Virus record (IMG/VR): IMGVR_UViG_3300026549_001031
DNA length: 64,000 bases
DNA from: a virus
Lineage: Duplodnaviria; Heunggongvirae; Uroviricota; Caudoviricetes
Direction: 5' to 3' (one strand)
Position 1 is the first letter of the stretch; every line of letters starts with the position of its first letter. Made by a program: the position numbers and the translations under genes. Shown one piece after another: positions 9,101 to 19,288 of the stretch. The notes below the pieces were generated by a model. The model saw nothing but the letters and a program-made list of their open reading frames with translations. It did not search any database and was not told the origin of the DNA.

Positions 9101-11310
9101 CACCTACTGCAACGTCTGGACAGCAGACAGCAGATCAACAAGCAGCTGATGATAGTGGCACAACAAGTACAACCAGCACAACAAGTACGACAAGTACAGC
9201 CTCAAGTTCAAGTACAGGCAGTACAAGTGATACAGCAACAGGTACAGGAAATGCAACTTACAAGTCAATTTCAGAGAAATACAGTGAGATTGGTGCTATA
9301 TACGCTGATCATAAGAACACTAACAATGCTGAACAAACAGGAGTACACTATAAATGTTACTGTTATGAAGTAAACGGTGGCTCTGACAGTTTAGTTCACA
9401 CAGTTGCATACTATTTACCTAGAGGTACACGTCAGGTAGTTTCAAGAGGTAGCGACTTTACAGCAAACTATAAAAATGTTGACTCATGGCAGAGTTACAT
9501 TGATAAGGCTTCAAAGACAAGTGGGGATCAATGGAGGACAGATGTAGATAATGGAGACATTGCTGGATTTGAGACAACAGCAGATTCTTATGATAGGACA
9601 GACAGAAGTACTATTACAGAGGATATGGAATATCTTATAAGCACTGAATCTCCTATGTATTACATGTACAACACAGTTAAAGACACATTTGATAATTCAA
9701 AGACACTTGGATACTTAATTGGACAGTTGCAAGGTAACATTAAGAGTACAACAGACAGTGATGGAAATACAGAGGACATTAGAGATAACTTCATGTATGC
9801 AACAAGGTCTGATGGAAGCACTACAAACAGTGAAGGACAATTAACAGATGATGAAGCATCTAATAATTATACAGGCTGGGTAAGAGATGTAGTTGACTTG
9901 GAGGAAATGTTTAATAACATGATGCCTTATATGTATCAAGTTCAGCTTGAGACAGGTGGTTTTGATGGAGTCTCTGGAGTTCTGAAAGATAAAGAGATAA
10001 CAGACAAGTTGCCTATGTACGAAGGCACTAAACAGTCTTGGATGTACAGATCTAATTGGGTTACAAAGATCATGGAAAATCCTGAATACAGCAAACCAGA
10101 GACAGCTATGACAGCTGATGGAAAGAGTTTTACAGTGAATAATCCTGTGTTACCTGAAAGTTATACAAACAGAGACATGGTGTTTAGTGAGGCACAGCAA
10201 AAAGCAGCTGGATTGTCGGATGATGATTTAACACTCGTTGAGTTAAAATGTGTAGAGTGCAATAAAAAGATTGCTAAGCAGTGGACATTGCTGATCAACT
10301 ATGCAGGAACTTCTGGTTTGACAAAAGAAGTGGTTTATAGACAGATGGCTACAGACGCAGCATTGATATTCTGCGATGAGTTCAGTACAAGTGGAATTCT
10401 TAACACTAAATATGACTTATATCCTCAGTCACTGGATTTGAGATACATTTCATTTGATAGTGTCATGAAAATGTTAGTAATGAACATTTCAAAAGATACA
10501 AGTTACTCTTATGGAAATACAATGTCAACATTGATTACAAATGAGAGTGCAGTAACAGGAGCGTTCTTGTTGATAGATGCATTTATTTGTTCCTATGTAG
10601 TTTCATTTATAAGAGTAATACTTATGGCTTTGATTTTCTACTTAGGATTTGTAGCAATGTTACAATCAATATTTAGTAGTGGCAAGGCTAAAGCAAAGGT
10701 TGCATGCGGACAGATAACACAGAACATATTATTCTGTGGTTTAACCATTGTATATTATGCACTGTTTGCATTGATGATGAAAATATCATCAAATGATGAG
10801 GTGTTGTCAGTAAATAGTGTACAGACGAGTGCAGGAAACCCCGTATGGATGTTAGTGATAGTACTTGTAATAAGTGTGGTTTATACAGTTCTTATGGTAA
10901 AGATGATTAAGTTCTGTGTACTTACTTACAGAGATATGGGTTTTGCGGCAATGTCAATGGTTGCAAGTGGAATTGTTGGCAGACTTAGAGACACAATTGG
11001 AGGACTTGGAGATAAGATTTCTGACTCTGTCAATGGCATAGCAGAAGCTGATGTAACTTCTAATACAGATAGTATTGAAGGCAGTGGAAATATGGAAGGA
11101 CAGGCACAGAATGTTAATGTCGTTGAAGCTAATAATCAAACAATAAAAATTGAAAACAATACAAAAGATGAGGATCAGCAGAGCCCTGATGTTTATAATG
11201 GAGCATATTCAAGTGGAGATGTAGACAATGTTGATGAGACTGGTGGCATGACCGCTGAGGATATAGATGCTCAGATTAGGGCTGGACAAGAAATAGAAAG
11301 TGATTCTTAA
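6163..11310 (+). CDS. 1715-aa exported polytopic membrane protein, VirB6-like extended channel/adhesin candidate
   Basis: Signal peptide; central TM pair; Thr/Ser-rich linker; 4-5 C-terminal TMs and acidic tail; upstream of VirB4-like ATPase. VirB6 role is inference. Confidence 0.6.
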   Translation: MKKAKVLLKRIVAVALCVCSISSAVIASIPVAKASGTSILGTNEALGSPVLNNNFLLEDWNKWEMVCWGVFLSNFCQPLIDDYQSAFQTTGTGSNGAGYKALCFGSGSDQTNNETIEKLCNYAIAQSQAGNNTVYVAYTKLKKTKQPDGTEVGQLGKKKDPNKDDKVVRQAHFKDFFFQMEEDDGTTDDADASTDPNSSSGTSGSTTQDDSTWANSNDTTYPSGTLKEYQLDQYNKLAMLKEGKVPTFYIKNTEGKYVKLLDYTNPWDVQMISLMMNAVRNSDYKKTFVKNFESYWSTNPVVTADPFANIMVSKKMLIPACVNQNITTDKQVNIINSWVMNHYTNTYTDQQILLGLRQNNNATLGTRNLLFEPYQAGYPALGETNIGSIALMYYDTDTIVAQSYLNSNKVPEYGNTLLTLFGQNATKNKHKYTPKIEIAGNGARTKKWFQSTTDTDAVITNTLYVCSLLPNVLKYKDTNIINYIEDFQGNKVKLMSDNPVAIPIQMLTSTVNNENKKGTNQGAVRNFYNTLYQAYAGKLKYSADMDSDGKMDKTSITDELTDTTFEDFKNKVVEDRLFKKFKKIDTRYKKVGNLAGMWREFFDYGNDETFNDDHNRVILAYPVSDVMKNVSNVLGIEDGTEFSVYSTMIYMTYLNWYGITSTNTMATGTEKTSKFSTDIYSDNLDILKYDPSADINAKSEEDMEKEVLQYGYLMLHPEDGRSYRKTMALNGLADWMYEEYNRICYGGSDSTYNGTASRSNSGFLAVQSYKENFLTKPVLNAYANFSVWAIAICAILIVLVGILKHRKATWYLLSFMFAFNAILLVPASGDIVPYITSNFVQNMFSSKMTYWSISQGITNAAAEKEAASGTLDSSSDLTSEEAQEVVKLVKQLNNVYTDRSLMVKQDISQKVTQKVSSSYSSIQQLQSARWLLPMVMQQFTGDKGNEENYIYKSLSNIWDDMSNFYWYYKPQDATFTNASSPTATSGQQTADQQAADDSGTTSTTSTTSTTSTASSSSTGSTSDTATGTGNATYKSISEKYSEIGAIYADHKNTNNAEQTGVHYKCYCYEVNGGSDSLVHTVAYYLPRGTRQVVSRGSDFTANYKNVDSWQSYIDKASKTSGDQWRTDVDNGDIAGFETTADSYDRTDRSTITEDMEYLISTESPMYYMYNTVKDTFDNSKTLGYLIGQLQGNIKSTTDSDGNTEDIRDNFMYATRSDGSTTNSEGQLTDDEASNNYTGWVRDVVDLEEMFNNMMPYMYQVQLETGGFDGVSGVLKDKEITDKLPMYEGTKQSWMYRSNWVTKIMENPEYSKPETAMTADGKSFTVNNPVLPESYTNRDMVFSEAQQKAAGLSDDDLTLVELKCVECNKKIAKQWTLLINYAGTSGLTKEVVYRQMATDAALIFCDEFSTSGILNTKYDLYPQSLDLRYISFDSVMKMLVMNISKDTSYSYGNTMSTLITNESAVTGAFLLIDAFICSYVVSFIRVILMALIFYLGFVAMLQSIFSSGKAKAKVACGQITQNILFCGLTIVYYALFALMMKISSNDEVLSVNSVQTSAGNPVWMLVIVLVISVVYTVLMVKMIKFCVLTYRDMGFAAMSMVASGIVGRLRDTIGGLGDKISDSVNGIAEADVTSNTDSIEGSGNMEGQAQNVNVVEANNQTIKIENNTKDEDQQSPDVYNGAYSSGDVDNVDETGGMTAEDIDAQIRAGQEIESDS

Positions 11311-11327
11311 ATTTAGTGTTGGTTTTG

Positions 11328-11363
11328 AGGCTAGGTTGAGGAACGACCTAGCCTTTTATTTTT
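11328..11363 (+). terminator. Rho-independent terminator
   Basis: AGGCTAGGTT / GACCTAGCCT stem then TTTTATTTTT. Confidence 0.75.
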
Positions 11364-11383
11364 GGACAAGGAGAAATTGAGAG

Positions 11384-12547
11384 ATGGCAAATGTAACAAG
11401 AAGAAGAAAATATGTAGACAGTGGCGGTGGTATGTTTATACCTATGAATGTAGAGGGAGGTACTTGGAATGAGCATTTCATCACTACTCCTAAACTTGTA
11501 ACCATAGGCTGTATGTTCGCAGCATTGCTATTTTTGTGTTCATACTTAGCAAGTATAAATTCATCAGTAGCAGGCTACATATTGTGGATAGCAGTCTGGT
11601 TTTTCTGTTGCATTCAAATTACTAGGTTTATCATATTTGAGGAAAAGTATTACTATAGAATGTATTTGGAGTTGCAGGAACATGAAATTTCTACACCTTC
11701 ATTATTTTGGAACATTGCATCTATGAATGATACAGAGGATGGAGCAGTTATGACATACTCTGATGGTAAGGTTGGCATTGTAGTTAAAATTGAGCGTGAC
11801 ACAATTACAGGTAAGACAAAGGATTTTGAAGAGACACATTATGATGCGATTTCAGACTTCTATAAAGAGGTCATTAGTAATAGATATTCATTCATGCAAA
11901 TGAATATCATGGAGCAGGCAGGAAAAGATCCTAGACTTGCTGAATTATCAAAGATAGTTTATAAGAGTGACAATGAGAATATTTGCAAGCTTATGGAGAT
12001 GGAGGTCGGTCACATTAAGAATATCACTCATAAGTCATTATATGAAAGCGATTACTTCTTGTTTTATACAAATGACATTACAAAAGTAGATACAATCATA
12101 CAGGACATTACAGAGTGCATATTTAAGTTACTTGATGGAGCATATATAGGTTTTCAGATACTTACAAGTAAAGGTATAGTTGACCTGGTAAAGGAGATAT
12201 ATGGCGTTAACTATTTTAACTCTACAGAAGCTAGTTTGTTGATGTTTAGTGATGAGTATAAGGCAACGGTTCCTCCTTTCAACCTTGTAGGTCTGAAGTG
12301 GACAGATGGAAATGTGCAAGAGTTAACACCTGCAGAAAGAAATAGACTCAGAAACATAACTAGTAGTGTAGTTAATGGTAGCATTGATATGGGAGAGGTA
12401 TCCTTGAAAAAGGCAGTATATAGAAAGGAAGAAAAGAATAATATATTTGATGATATGGGTATTGAAGAGCTCAAGAGCAATATTGAGAATTTCAGTACAG
12501 ATATAGTTAATGAATCATCAGACGATGATGAATACATAGACATATAA
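11384..12547 (+). CDS. Membrane protein with two N-terminal TMs and cytoplasmic domain (PrgI/TcpE-like candidate)
   Basis: Two TMs at aa ~37-85; position in transfer block; AAGGAG SD. Confidence 0.6.
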   Translation: MANVTRRRKYVDSGGGMFIPMNVEGGTWNEHFITTPKLVTIGCMFAALLFLCSYLASINSSVAGYILWIAVWFFCCIQITRFIIFEEKYYYRMYLELQEHEISTPSLFWNIASMNDTEDGAVMTYSDGKVGIVVKIERDTITGKTKDFEETHYDAISDFYKEVISNRYSFMQMNIMEQAGKDPRLAELSKIVYKSDNENICKLMEMEVGHIKNITHKSLYESDYFLFYTNDITKVDTIIQDITECIFKLLDGAYIGFQILTSKGIVDLVKEIYGVNYFNSTEASLLMFSDEYKATVPPFNLVGLKWTDGNVQELTPAERNRLRNITSSVVNGSIDMGEVSLKKAVYRKEEKNNIFDDMGIEELKSNIENFSTDIVNESSDDDEYIDI

Positions 12548-12572
12548 AAATATGGAAGGAGACAATTAAAAG

Positions 12573-15278
12573 ATGAGGATATTGTTATCAGGTGGTCTAA
12601 AGACACAGAATATTATTAGTGGAGTCAGTAAGAAGTTTACTTCTAGCGGTGATGAGTTTATTGTGGAGACATTCCTTGACTCCGTTACTTCAATTTTTGC
12701 TAAGGGAGATTATTTTGATAGAGCACTGATTACAGATCAGAGCATTACTAAAGAGGGAGAGATCACAGACGAAAGTGAAATCAGACAGAGAATAAATAAC
12801 TTTGCATTGGAGATGGCAGCTAAAAATAAGAGATACAGCTTTGTATTTCTTACACAGCATAAACATATGGCAGAGATTATTTATGAAGAGATCCTTCCTA
12901 TTTTAGATGACAGCGTTGTAATTTATAAAAAGCCTAAGTATTCAGTACAGTTCTTTGTTGAGTTGATCATTACCGATGTAAAACAGATGCCTAAGGAATG
13001 GGTTTATTCAGCAGAGGATATTGTGGTTGATACACCTGAAACAGATAACGAGCAACCAGAGGAAGAGGTAGATCCTATGGCAGATATGGATGTGCCTGAG
13101 GATACATTCACAGCAACAGCAATTCCTCATGATATGGACAGTGATTTCTTTGGTAAGGCAGAGGAAATTGATAGTGATAAACTTAATGGTTTATTTGAGG
13201 GCACTGAACTTGACACAGACGAGCTTGGTTTACCTGAAGGAGCAGAGGAAGAAGAGGGAGATGGCTTCACTGGAGGATTTGGAGATGGCTTTGGGGACAG
13301 TTTTGGTAGCTTCAGTGAAAATGAAGACAGCATAGGAGAAAATGAGCAGGGATTTAACAATGGCTTCAGCGATTTTGCAGATACACAGGATAGTGGGTTT
13401 GGAGACACAGGAGAAAATGAGGCTAGTCTTGGAGAAAATGGGTTTGTGCAGGATGATGAGACAATAGATACAGATGATATTCAGCCTATTGTACAGTCTG
13501 GGGATATGGCAGACCTTACTGAAGATGAGAATGACACAGATGAAATTCCTGTAGACATGGGCAACAATGAGTTTAACATGAATAGTAATAACTTTGGACA
13601 CCTTGAGGGATTTGATGATTCATTTGAGGATGAAGACAACAGTGAACAGGAGGCAGAGTCAGAAATAGATCCTTCATTATTTGATGACACAAGTTCATTG
13701 ATGGGTAATAATGAAAACACTGGGTTTGAAAGCAACAGCAGTAATGAATTTGAGGAAAGCAACAATAATTTTGAAAATAACACTGAAACACCTGAGGAAA
13801 GCAATGAGTTTGGTACACAGGGTTTAGGAAATGCAGCTGGATTCATAGCTGGTGCAGCTACAGCAACTGTATTGAACAATGGGTTAAACAGTGGAAATGG
13901 TTTAATTGACAATAATGGGAATCAGCAGAGCAATAATGGTTTACTGGAGGGCTTTGATGATGAGGAGGAAACAGCAGTGACTGAAAACGACAGCTTCAAC
14001 GATAATGCTAGTGGGTTTGGGTTTAATGACTATGGTTATGAAAATAATAACACTAATAATGCGGCAGCACCTCTGGTAGATGGTGGAGATTACAGTGGAG
14101 ATTCAGACATGGAGTTTGGACCTGACGACTATGCTGATGATATGGCAGACAATGACGAGAATGCTCAAGAGCAGTATCAAAATGATATTGCCGAACAGGT
14201 AGCAAGAACTCAAGGTGCCTTTGGTATGGAAGATTATCAGGAGCAGGAAGATGAGAACAGCTTAATGAGTCAGCAAAACGTACAGGCAAATAATCAGAGA
14301 CCTGCTAAGAAAAAGGGTGGACTATTTAGCAAAGTTAAAAAGACAGTGTCTGGTGCAGTGAGTACACAGCATAATGAAGAGGAAGAAACAATTAGACCTG
14401 TTGTAAATAAGAAAGCCACATCTTCATCAAATGCTAACAAGATTAAAGAGGATTTAAGACCTTTTGCAGCTAGAGGAAACTCTATATTAGTAACTGGTTG
14501 CGGTGGATGTGGAACAAGTACAATAGCGTTTAACTTGGCAAACATTATTTGTCAGCTAGGATACACAGTTTTACTTGTGGACATGGATACAGAAGAGAGG
14601 ACACAGAATTATATCTCTAAATTGAACTATGAGAGCATGGAAGCAGAGGGAGCTAACTTGATGGTTGCCGTTAATAGCACTACAGGAATTAGTAAAGACG
14701 TAAGTGTTGTTAAGACAGGTTTTCATTTATTGACAATGGGAATTGCAACAGACACAGCTCCTGTAGAGGATATACTTCACAAAGAAAAGATTGCAAGGTT
14801 TATTAACTTGGCTAAGACATCATATAATTTTGTAATCTATGATGTTCCTTTTAAGGAAACAGTTGGTTTCTTAAGTGACATTACTTATATGTGTGACAAC
14901 TTGGTATTAACAGTAGATGCTAGCAACTGGGGAATTACAAAGACATTGTTATCAATGTGTAACATTGATTCAGATGATATGCAGGATACAATGTTTAGTA
15001 GAGCACAGTTAGTGTTTAACAAACAGAGAAGTTTAAGTAGGGTACTTGGTACAAAAGTAAGAAGCTGTCATGACATTGTAAAGGCAATGGATAAAAAAGT
15101 GAAAGAGCTTATAGGAGAGGATCCTGGCTATCATTTCGAGGATTTACACATTGCTGGAATTATTAACGATGACCCTGTATTTGAGGATGGTTGGTTTGAA
15201 CAGGTTCAGTACTCTGATACAAGAAAGGGTCAGGCAATATTCCTTGAGTTAGCAGATAACATTATACTTAAGAAATAA
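12573..15278 (+). CDS. Acidic low-complexity protein with C-terminal MinD/ParA/CpaE(TadZ)-like ATPase domain
   Basis: ILVTGCGGCGTSTIAFNLA (deviant P-loop), VLLVDMD, YNFVIYDVP; ~450-aa D/E/N/G-rich linker. Confidence 0.75.
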   Translation: MRILLSGGLKTQNIISGVSKKFTSSGDEFIVETFLDSVTSIFAKGDYFDRALITDQSITKEGEITDESEIRQRINNFALEMAAKNKRYSFVFLTQHKHMAEIIYEEILPILDDSVVIYKKPKYSVQFFVELIITDVKQMPKEWVYSAEDIVVDTPETDNEQPEEEVDPMADMDVPEDTFTATAIPHDMDSDFFGKAEEIDSDKLNGLFEGTELDTDELGLPEGAEEEEGDGFTGGFGDGFGDSFGSFSENEDSIGENEQGFNNGFSDFADTQDSGFGDTGENEASLGENGFVQDDETIDTDDIQPIVQSGDMADLTEDENDTDEIPVDMGNNEFNMNSNNFGHLEGFDDSFEDEDNSEQEAESEIDPSLFDDTSSLMGNNENTGFESNSSNEFEESNNNFENNTETPEESNEFGTQGLGNAAGFIAGAATATVLNNGLNSGNGLIDNNGNQQSNNGLLEGFDDEEETAVTENDSFNDNASGFGFNDYGYENNNTNNAAAPLVDGGDYSGDSDMEFGPDDYADDMADNDENAQEQYQNDIAEQVARTQGAFGMEDYQEQEDENSLMSQQNVQANNQRPAKKKGGLFSKVKKTVSGAVSTQHNEEEETIRPVVNKKATSSSNANKIKEDLRPFAARGNSILVTGCGGCGTSTIAFNLANIICQLGYTVLLVDMDTEERTQNYISKLNYESMEAEGANLMVAVNSTTGISKDVSVVKTGFHLLTMGIATDTAPVEDILHKEKIARFINLAKTSYNFVIYDVPFKETVGFLSDITYMCDNLVLTVDASNWGITKTLLSMCNIDSDDMQDTMFSRAQLVFNKQRSLSRVLGTKVRSCHDIVKAMDKKVKELIGEDPGYHFEDLHIAGIINDDPVFEDGWFEQVQYSDTRKGQAIFLELADNIILKK

Positions 15279-15410
15279 AGAAAAGACACAGCTTAGAAAG
15301 AGAGATACATGTGAGAGTTGGGAAAATAAATATAGAAAAGACATAAGAATTGGGAAAGCACATGTAGAGAAAGTCATTTAGGAAATATAAATAGCATGGA
15401 GGAAAGATAA

Positions 15411-16826
15411 ATGGACAAGTATTTAATTAACAGTGACCTTCACGGTTACAACAAACAGGAGATAAATAGTTTTGATGCATCTGATGTAAAAGATAGTTTG
15501 ATCATTACAGTTGTAAATAAAAGCTGTGATGATAAAGTAGGTGCATATTACAAAATGGTTAGAAATGCACTAAGCAACTTCAATAGAGTCATTCTTATTG
15601 GAGTAGATGATGAAAACAGAGTGTTTAAGACACTGGCTTGTTTGATGACTACATACAGAGCATACGATATTTACACAGTGGATTCTGAAGAGTCTCTGTC
15701 AATTAAAGAAGTACTTGCTATGGAGGATAGACATCCTGACTTAACAGAGGTTCAGACATATATAGGTGGAGATGTTACAGCCTATAGTGATATGTCAGCA
15801 ATACTATTTGGTATTGAGAGTTTAGTTTCTGAAGGGAACTCTGATAAATTAAAAGAGTACTTAAATGAGCATATGCTTAGCATTGAAAACTTAACATCAA
15901 CATTGGATAGTATGAAAAAGACATGTGACATTTTCAACAGTGACGAGTTGATTGATAAGATCAACAAGTTAGTTGAGGAAAAGAAAGAATTAAGTGCAGA
16001 GATAGATGTCAAGGATACAAAGTTGAAAGGCTTGGAATATGATAAGACAAAGCTTAAGGTTGATTATGAGACATTACAGAGAGAGAATAGGAAAATAGTT
16101 TCAGAGAAAGAAGCAATGGAGGCATCAGCTAATCTTGGTGGAAATGTGTTGAAAGCATATAAACCTATTAAAACACCATTGATTCATTGCAGGACTAAAA
16201 TAGTTCTGTACTTTAAGGAAATATCTTATGTACAGTATGTAAATAGTTTAGTCACACATCTTTTGTATATGCTTACATCTGTAATGAAGATCAAGGCAAA
16301 GTTATTGATTTATGATACACAAACTAATATGTACTCATCATATGGTAGTTTAAGAATTGTTTCAAGCCAGGCTTATATATCTAGTAAGCATGGACTTATT
16401 AGTAAGAATAAGGCATTTGTAGTTTCAGAGCCTAACAGTTCAATTATTAAGGATGTGCTTGAATCAGATCAATCATTCGACGTTGTAATTGTCTATGACA
16501 GAATGAAAAATCCGATTGACGTAGTTGAAGGAAATAACGTTTATAAGTTCTTTGTCATTAATTCTAGTCAGGAGTTTTCAAAGATGTACAAGGAACTTAA
16601 GATTAAAGATCTTGACTATGTAATTACAAGACCTGGTAGTACAATTGGATTACATGAGAAAGATACCTTTGAGGGCAGCTACATTGATATACCTAGCATT
16701 GATGATTATTCAAAGGCAACAAATTCAGCTAAGCTTTCAAAGTATATAAGGTTAGCGTCAATGAATGATAAACAGAACATTTTGAATAAAATTCAAAAAT
16801 TGGCAAATATTGATAGCATGAGATAA
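15411..16826 (+). CDS. Hypothetical protein with central coiled coil
   Basis: 471-aa ORF, GGAGG SD, heptad-rich segment aa ~175-240. Confidence 0.75.
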   Translation: MDKYLINSDLHGYNKQEINSFDASDVKDSLIITVVNKSCDDKVGAYYKMVRNALSNFNRVILIGVDDENRVFKTLACLMTTYRAYDIYTVDSEESLSIKEVLAMEDRHPDLTEVQTYIGGDVTAYSDMSAILFGIESLVSEGNSDKLKEYLNEHMLSIENLTSTLDSMKKTCDIFNSDELIDKINKLVEEKKELSAEIDVKDTKLKGLEYDKTKLKVDYETLQRENRKIVSEKEAMEASANLGGNVLKAYKPIKTPLIHCRTKIVLYFKEISYVQYVNSLVTHLLYMLTSVMKIKAKLLIYDTQTNMYSSYGSLRIVSSQAYISSKHGLISKNKAFVVSEPNSSIIKDVLESDQSFDVVIVYDRMKNPIDVVEGNNVYKFFVINSSQEFSKMYKELKIKDLDYVITRPGSTIGLHEKDTFEGSYIDIPSIDDYSKATNSAKLSKYIRLASMNDKQNILNKIQKLANIDSMR

Positions 16827-16860
16827 ATAAAGAGATAGGCAAGGATATAAAGAGAGATCA

Positions 16861-16889
16861 ACAGGGTTAAACTTATGGTTTAGCCCTGT
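16861..16889. terminator. Stem-loop, possible terminator or processing site
   Basis: ACAGGGTTAAAC / GTTTAGCCCTGT followed by an A-run rather than a T-run. Confidence 0.45.
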
Positions 16890-16919
16890 AAAAATAAAAA
16901 GGCAATAGAGGGTTGAGAT

Positions 16920-19109
16920 ATGTTTGGGAAGAAAAGTAATCAGAAAAAAGGAAATGACTTAAGTAAAAGAAAAAACAACGCTCAATTAAATAGTGAGGCA
17001 GAGAGAAAACTTAAGGCATTGGGTCAAATGAGTACACGTAGTGATGTGAGAAGATCTAAAAGAAAAGAAAAGTTAGACATGTATGATATGATTGTGGCTA
17101 ACTTGGTTGCAGGTAATTCAATTATCGAGCCTGAGCAGAAGTTGGATAGTAGTCAGCTGGCGATAGGGTTTAGCAATATTTCCTCAGAGACACAGCTTAC
17201 AAAATATTTCATGATCAGTAAGTTTCCTGACTTCCTCAAGCCTAAGTTGATTGATACCATTAGAACAAGGTGTATGATGCCTGGTTTGAAAATAAACTTC
17301 TACTTCAATGCTCAACCTCACCGTATCAATTGGGATTCACAGGAAATGATTAGTAGGATGAACATTTGGAAACAATATGCAGCTAAGCATGATGGACCTG
17401 TAGACGTATTCCAATATAGAAAACAGCATGGTGAGGCAGCAGCACGTAATCGAATGATTATGTCTACTAAATACTTGAATGAGGCAGAGTTGGAATATAA
17501 GAGAAGCTTTATGAAAGTTTACTTCATCATTGAGGTTTCAGCTAAACGAACAGAGGAAAGTTTAGCAAACATGAGTGAGGCAATTTTGAAATTAAAAGAA
17601 ATGTGCAATCACTCTGATATAAAGCTTACAGAATTAAGAGTAAACATGATTGATTGGGTTAAGACCATTGGTCCTTTTAGTCTTAAGTCTATAAAAGAAA
17701 TGAATGGTAAACTTGCTAAAAGAGTTCTGACAGATGATTTGTTAGCTAACTTTAACAGTTATAAGCAAGGACGTGTTGGAATTAAGGGAGTACCTCTTGG
17801 AATTGATATTCTTAACAATGGTCCTGTAATGAGAGTGTTTAAGGAAGATCCTGATGGAGCAGATAATTGGTTGATTGCTGCAGCTACTGGTGGTGGTAAA
17901 TCATATTGGTTAAAAACATTATTAACATATCTGTTAGCTGAGGGCTTCATTACTTGTATAATGGACTATGAGGGTGATGAATATACGCGTTTTGCTAACT
18001 TTGTAAGGGCAGGAAATCCTGAGGATGTTAAGATAGTATCAATGGGTAAGGGCAGCACAGTTTATTTTGATCCTTGTGAAATTCCTGATTTAACAGGTGA
18101 TCCTGAAGTAGATGATACATTGAAAAAGAGTGCAATAAGTTTTATACTGTCTGTCTTTAGAATTATAGTTAATGGACTTGAGGGAGTTTTAACAAAAGAG
18201 GAAGAGCGTGTTATTTCACTAGCAATACAGAGGGTATATGATAGTGTGGGTGTTACAGATGATAAAGAGACATGGCATAGATCAAAAGGACTTAGGTTGA
18301 GTATGATCTATGATGAAATCAAATTCATGGTTGATAACAAAGAGCTTGTAGATGATGCTTCAGACAACTTGAAACATAAAGCTGCAGTATCAATTTTGGA
18401 TTCAGCAAGTGTTTATTTTGAAGAGGGTGAAGCAAAATATGGTACATTCAAGAATCCTATGTCTGCAAATGAATTATATAAAGCTAAACTTGTTGTTTTC
18501 TCGTTTGGTATGCAAGGAGAGGATCAAGAGTCATCAGATCCTACAGAGCTAGCATTGAAGCAGTTGAGTGTAGCATATGTAAATATTAAGATCAGCAACT
18601 ATTGTAAGTATGTTAGACATTGTTTCAATGTTAAGGTTTGGGAAGAGTTTCAGAGATATGGTGAAGCAAAAGGTAGTGCATCTACAATAGCTAACGTAAT
18701 CACTGGTGGTCGTAAGAGGGGTGATGTTAATTTCATCATTACAAATGACTTGGGTGCAATGCTGGATGATGAAAACCTCCTGTCACAAAAGATTATACAG
18801 AACATTCAGAATTATGCAATTGGAAAAATCAAGGATACAAAGATAAGGAGAAAGTTCTGTGAGAAGCTAGACTTACAAGATGTACTTCCTGCACTTGATA
18901 ATATAGCTAAGGCACATACAGCTAGACAGAATGGTTCTAAAAAGGCATCTGGTGCACAGAGTAGATACAAAAATGCTTTCTGCATTGTACTTGAAGAAGG
19001 AAAGAAAGCAGTTGTTAAAGTTAATTTGCCTCCTGCATTAAGAGAGTCAAACTTGTTTAAGACAGGAGTTGACACGAAAGAGGAGGAAGAGAGCAGGGAG
19101 GAAAGTTAA
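16920..19109 (+). CDS. virB4: VirB4-like conjugation ATPase
   Basis: Walker A AATGGGKS, IMDYEGDEY, Walker B-like VWEEFQRY, GRKRG motif typical of the VirB4/TraE family. Confidence 0.75.
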   Translation: MFGKKSNQKKGNDLSKRKNNAQLNSEAERKLKALGQMSTRSDVRRSKRKEKLDMYDMIVANLVAGNSIIEPEQKLDSSQLAIGFSNISSETQLTKYFMISKFPDFLKPKLIDTIRTRCMMPGLKINFYFNAQPHRINWDSQEMISRMNIWKQYAAKHDGPVDVFQYRKQHGEAAARNRMIMSTKYLNEAELEYKRSFMKVYFIIEVSAKRTEESLANMSEAILKLKEMCNHSDIKLTELRVNMIDWVKTIGPFSLKSIKEMNGKLAKRVLTDDLLANFNSYKQGRVGIKGVPLGIDILNNGPVMRVFKEDPDGADNWLIAAATGGGKSYWLKTLLTYLLAEGFITCIMDYEGDEYTRFANFVRAGNPEDVKIVSMGKGSTVYFDPCEIPDLTGDPEVDDTLKKSAISFILSVFRIIVNGLEGVLTKEEERVISLAIQRVYDSVGVTDDKETWHRSKGLRLSMIYDEIKFMVDNKELVDDASDNLKHKAAVSILDSASVYFEEGEAKYGTFKNPMSANELYKAKLVVFSFGMQGEDQESSDPTELALKQLSVAYVNIKISNYCKYVRHCFNVKVWEEFQRYGEAKGSASTIANVITGGRKRGDVNFIITNDLGAMLDDENLLSQKIIQNIQNYAIGKIKDTKIRRKFCEKLDLQDVLPALDNIAKAHTARQNGSKKASGAQSRYKNAFCIVLEEGKKAVVKVNLPPALRESNLFKTGVDTKEEEESREES

Positions 19110-19268
19110 ATGTATGCATTATTGTTTTTGTTACTTGTTGGAATAGTTTATGTATACTCCTTCAAAGAGAACTTTACAAAGGAAAAAGTAGACAAGATAG
19201 CAATGGTAATGTTCGTGGGGGCAATACTTATTATCCTTCTTAGTTTATTAGGGAGTATAGGAAAATAA
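19110..19268 (+). CDS. 52-aa two-TM membrane protein (not in the ORF track)
   Basis: ATG directly after the virB4-like stop; GGAGG upstream; MYALLFLLLVGIVYVYSF...IAMVMFVGAILIILLSLLGSIGK. Confidence 0.65.
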   Translation: MYALLFLLLVGIVYVYSFKENFTKEKVDKIAMVMFVGAILIILLSLLGSIGK

Positions 19269-19288
19269 AGGAACTGGAGGTGTGAACA

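Noticed and set aside
9150-9250. ACAAGTAC-like short repeats as a possible CRISPR or VNTR
   Set aside because: They encode a Thr/Ser-rich linker inside a CDS; no constant repeat with unique spacers
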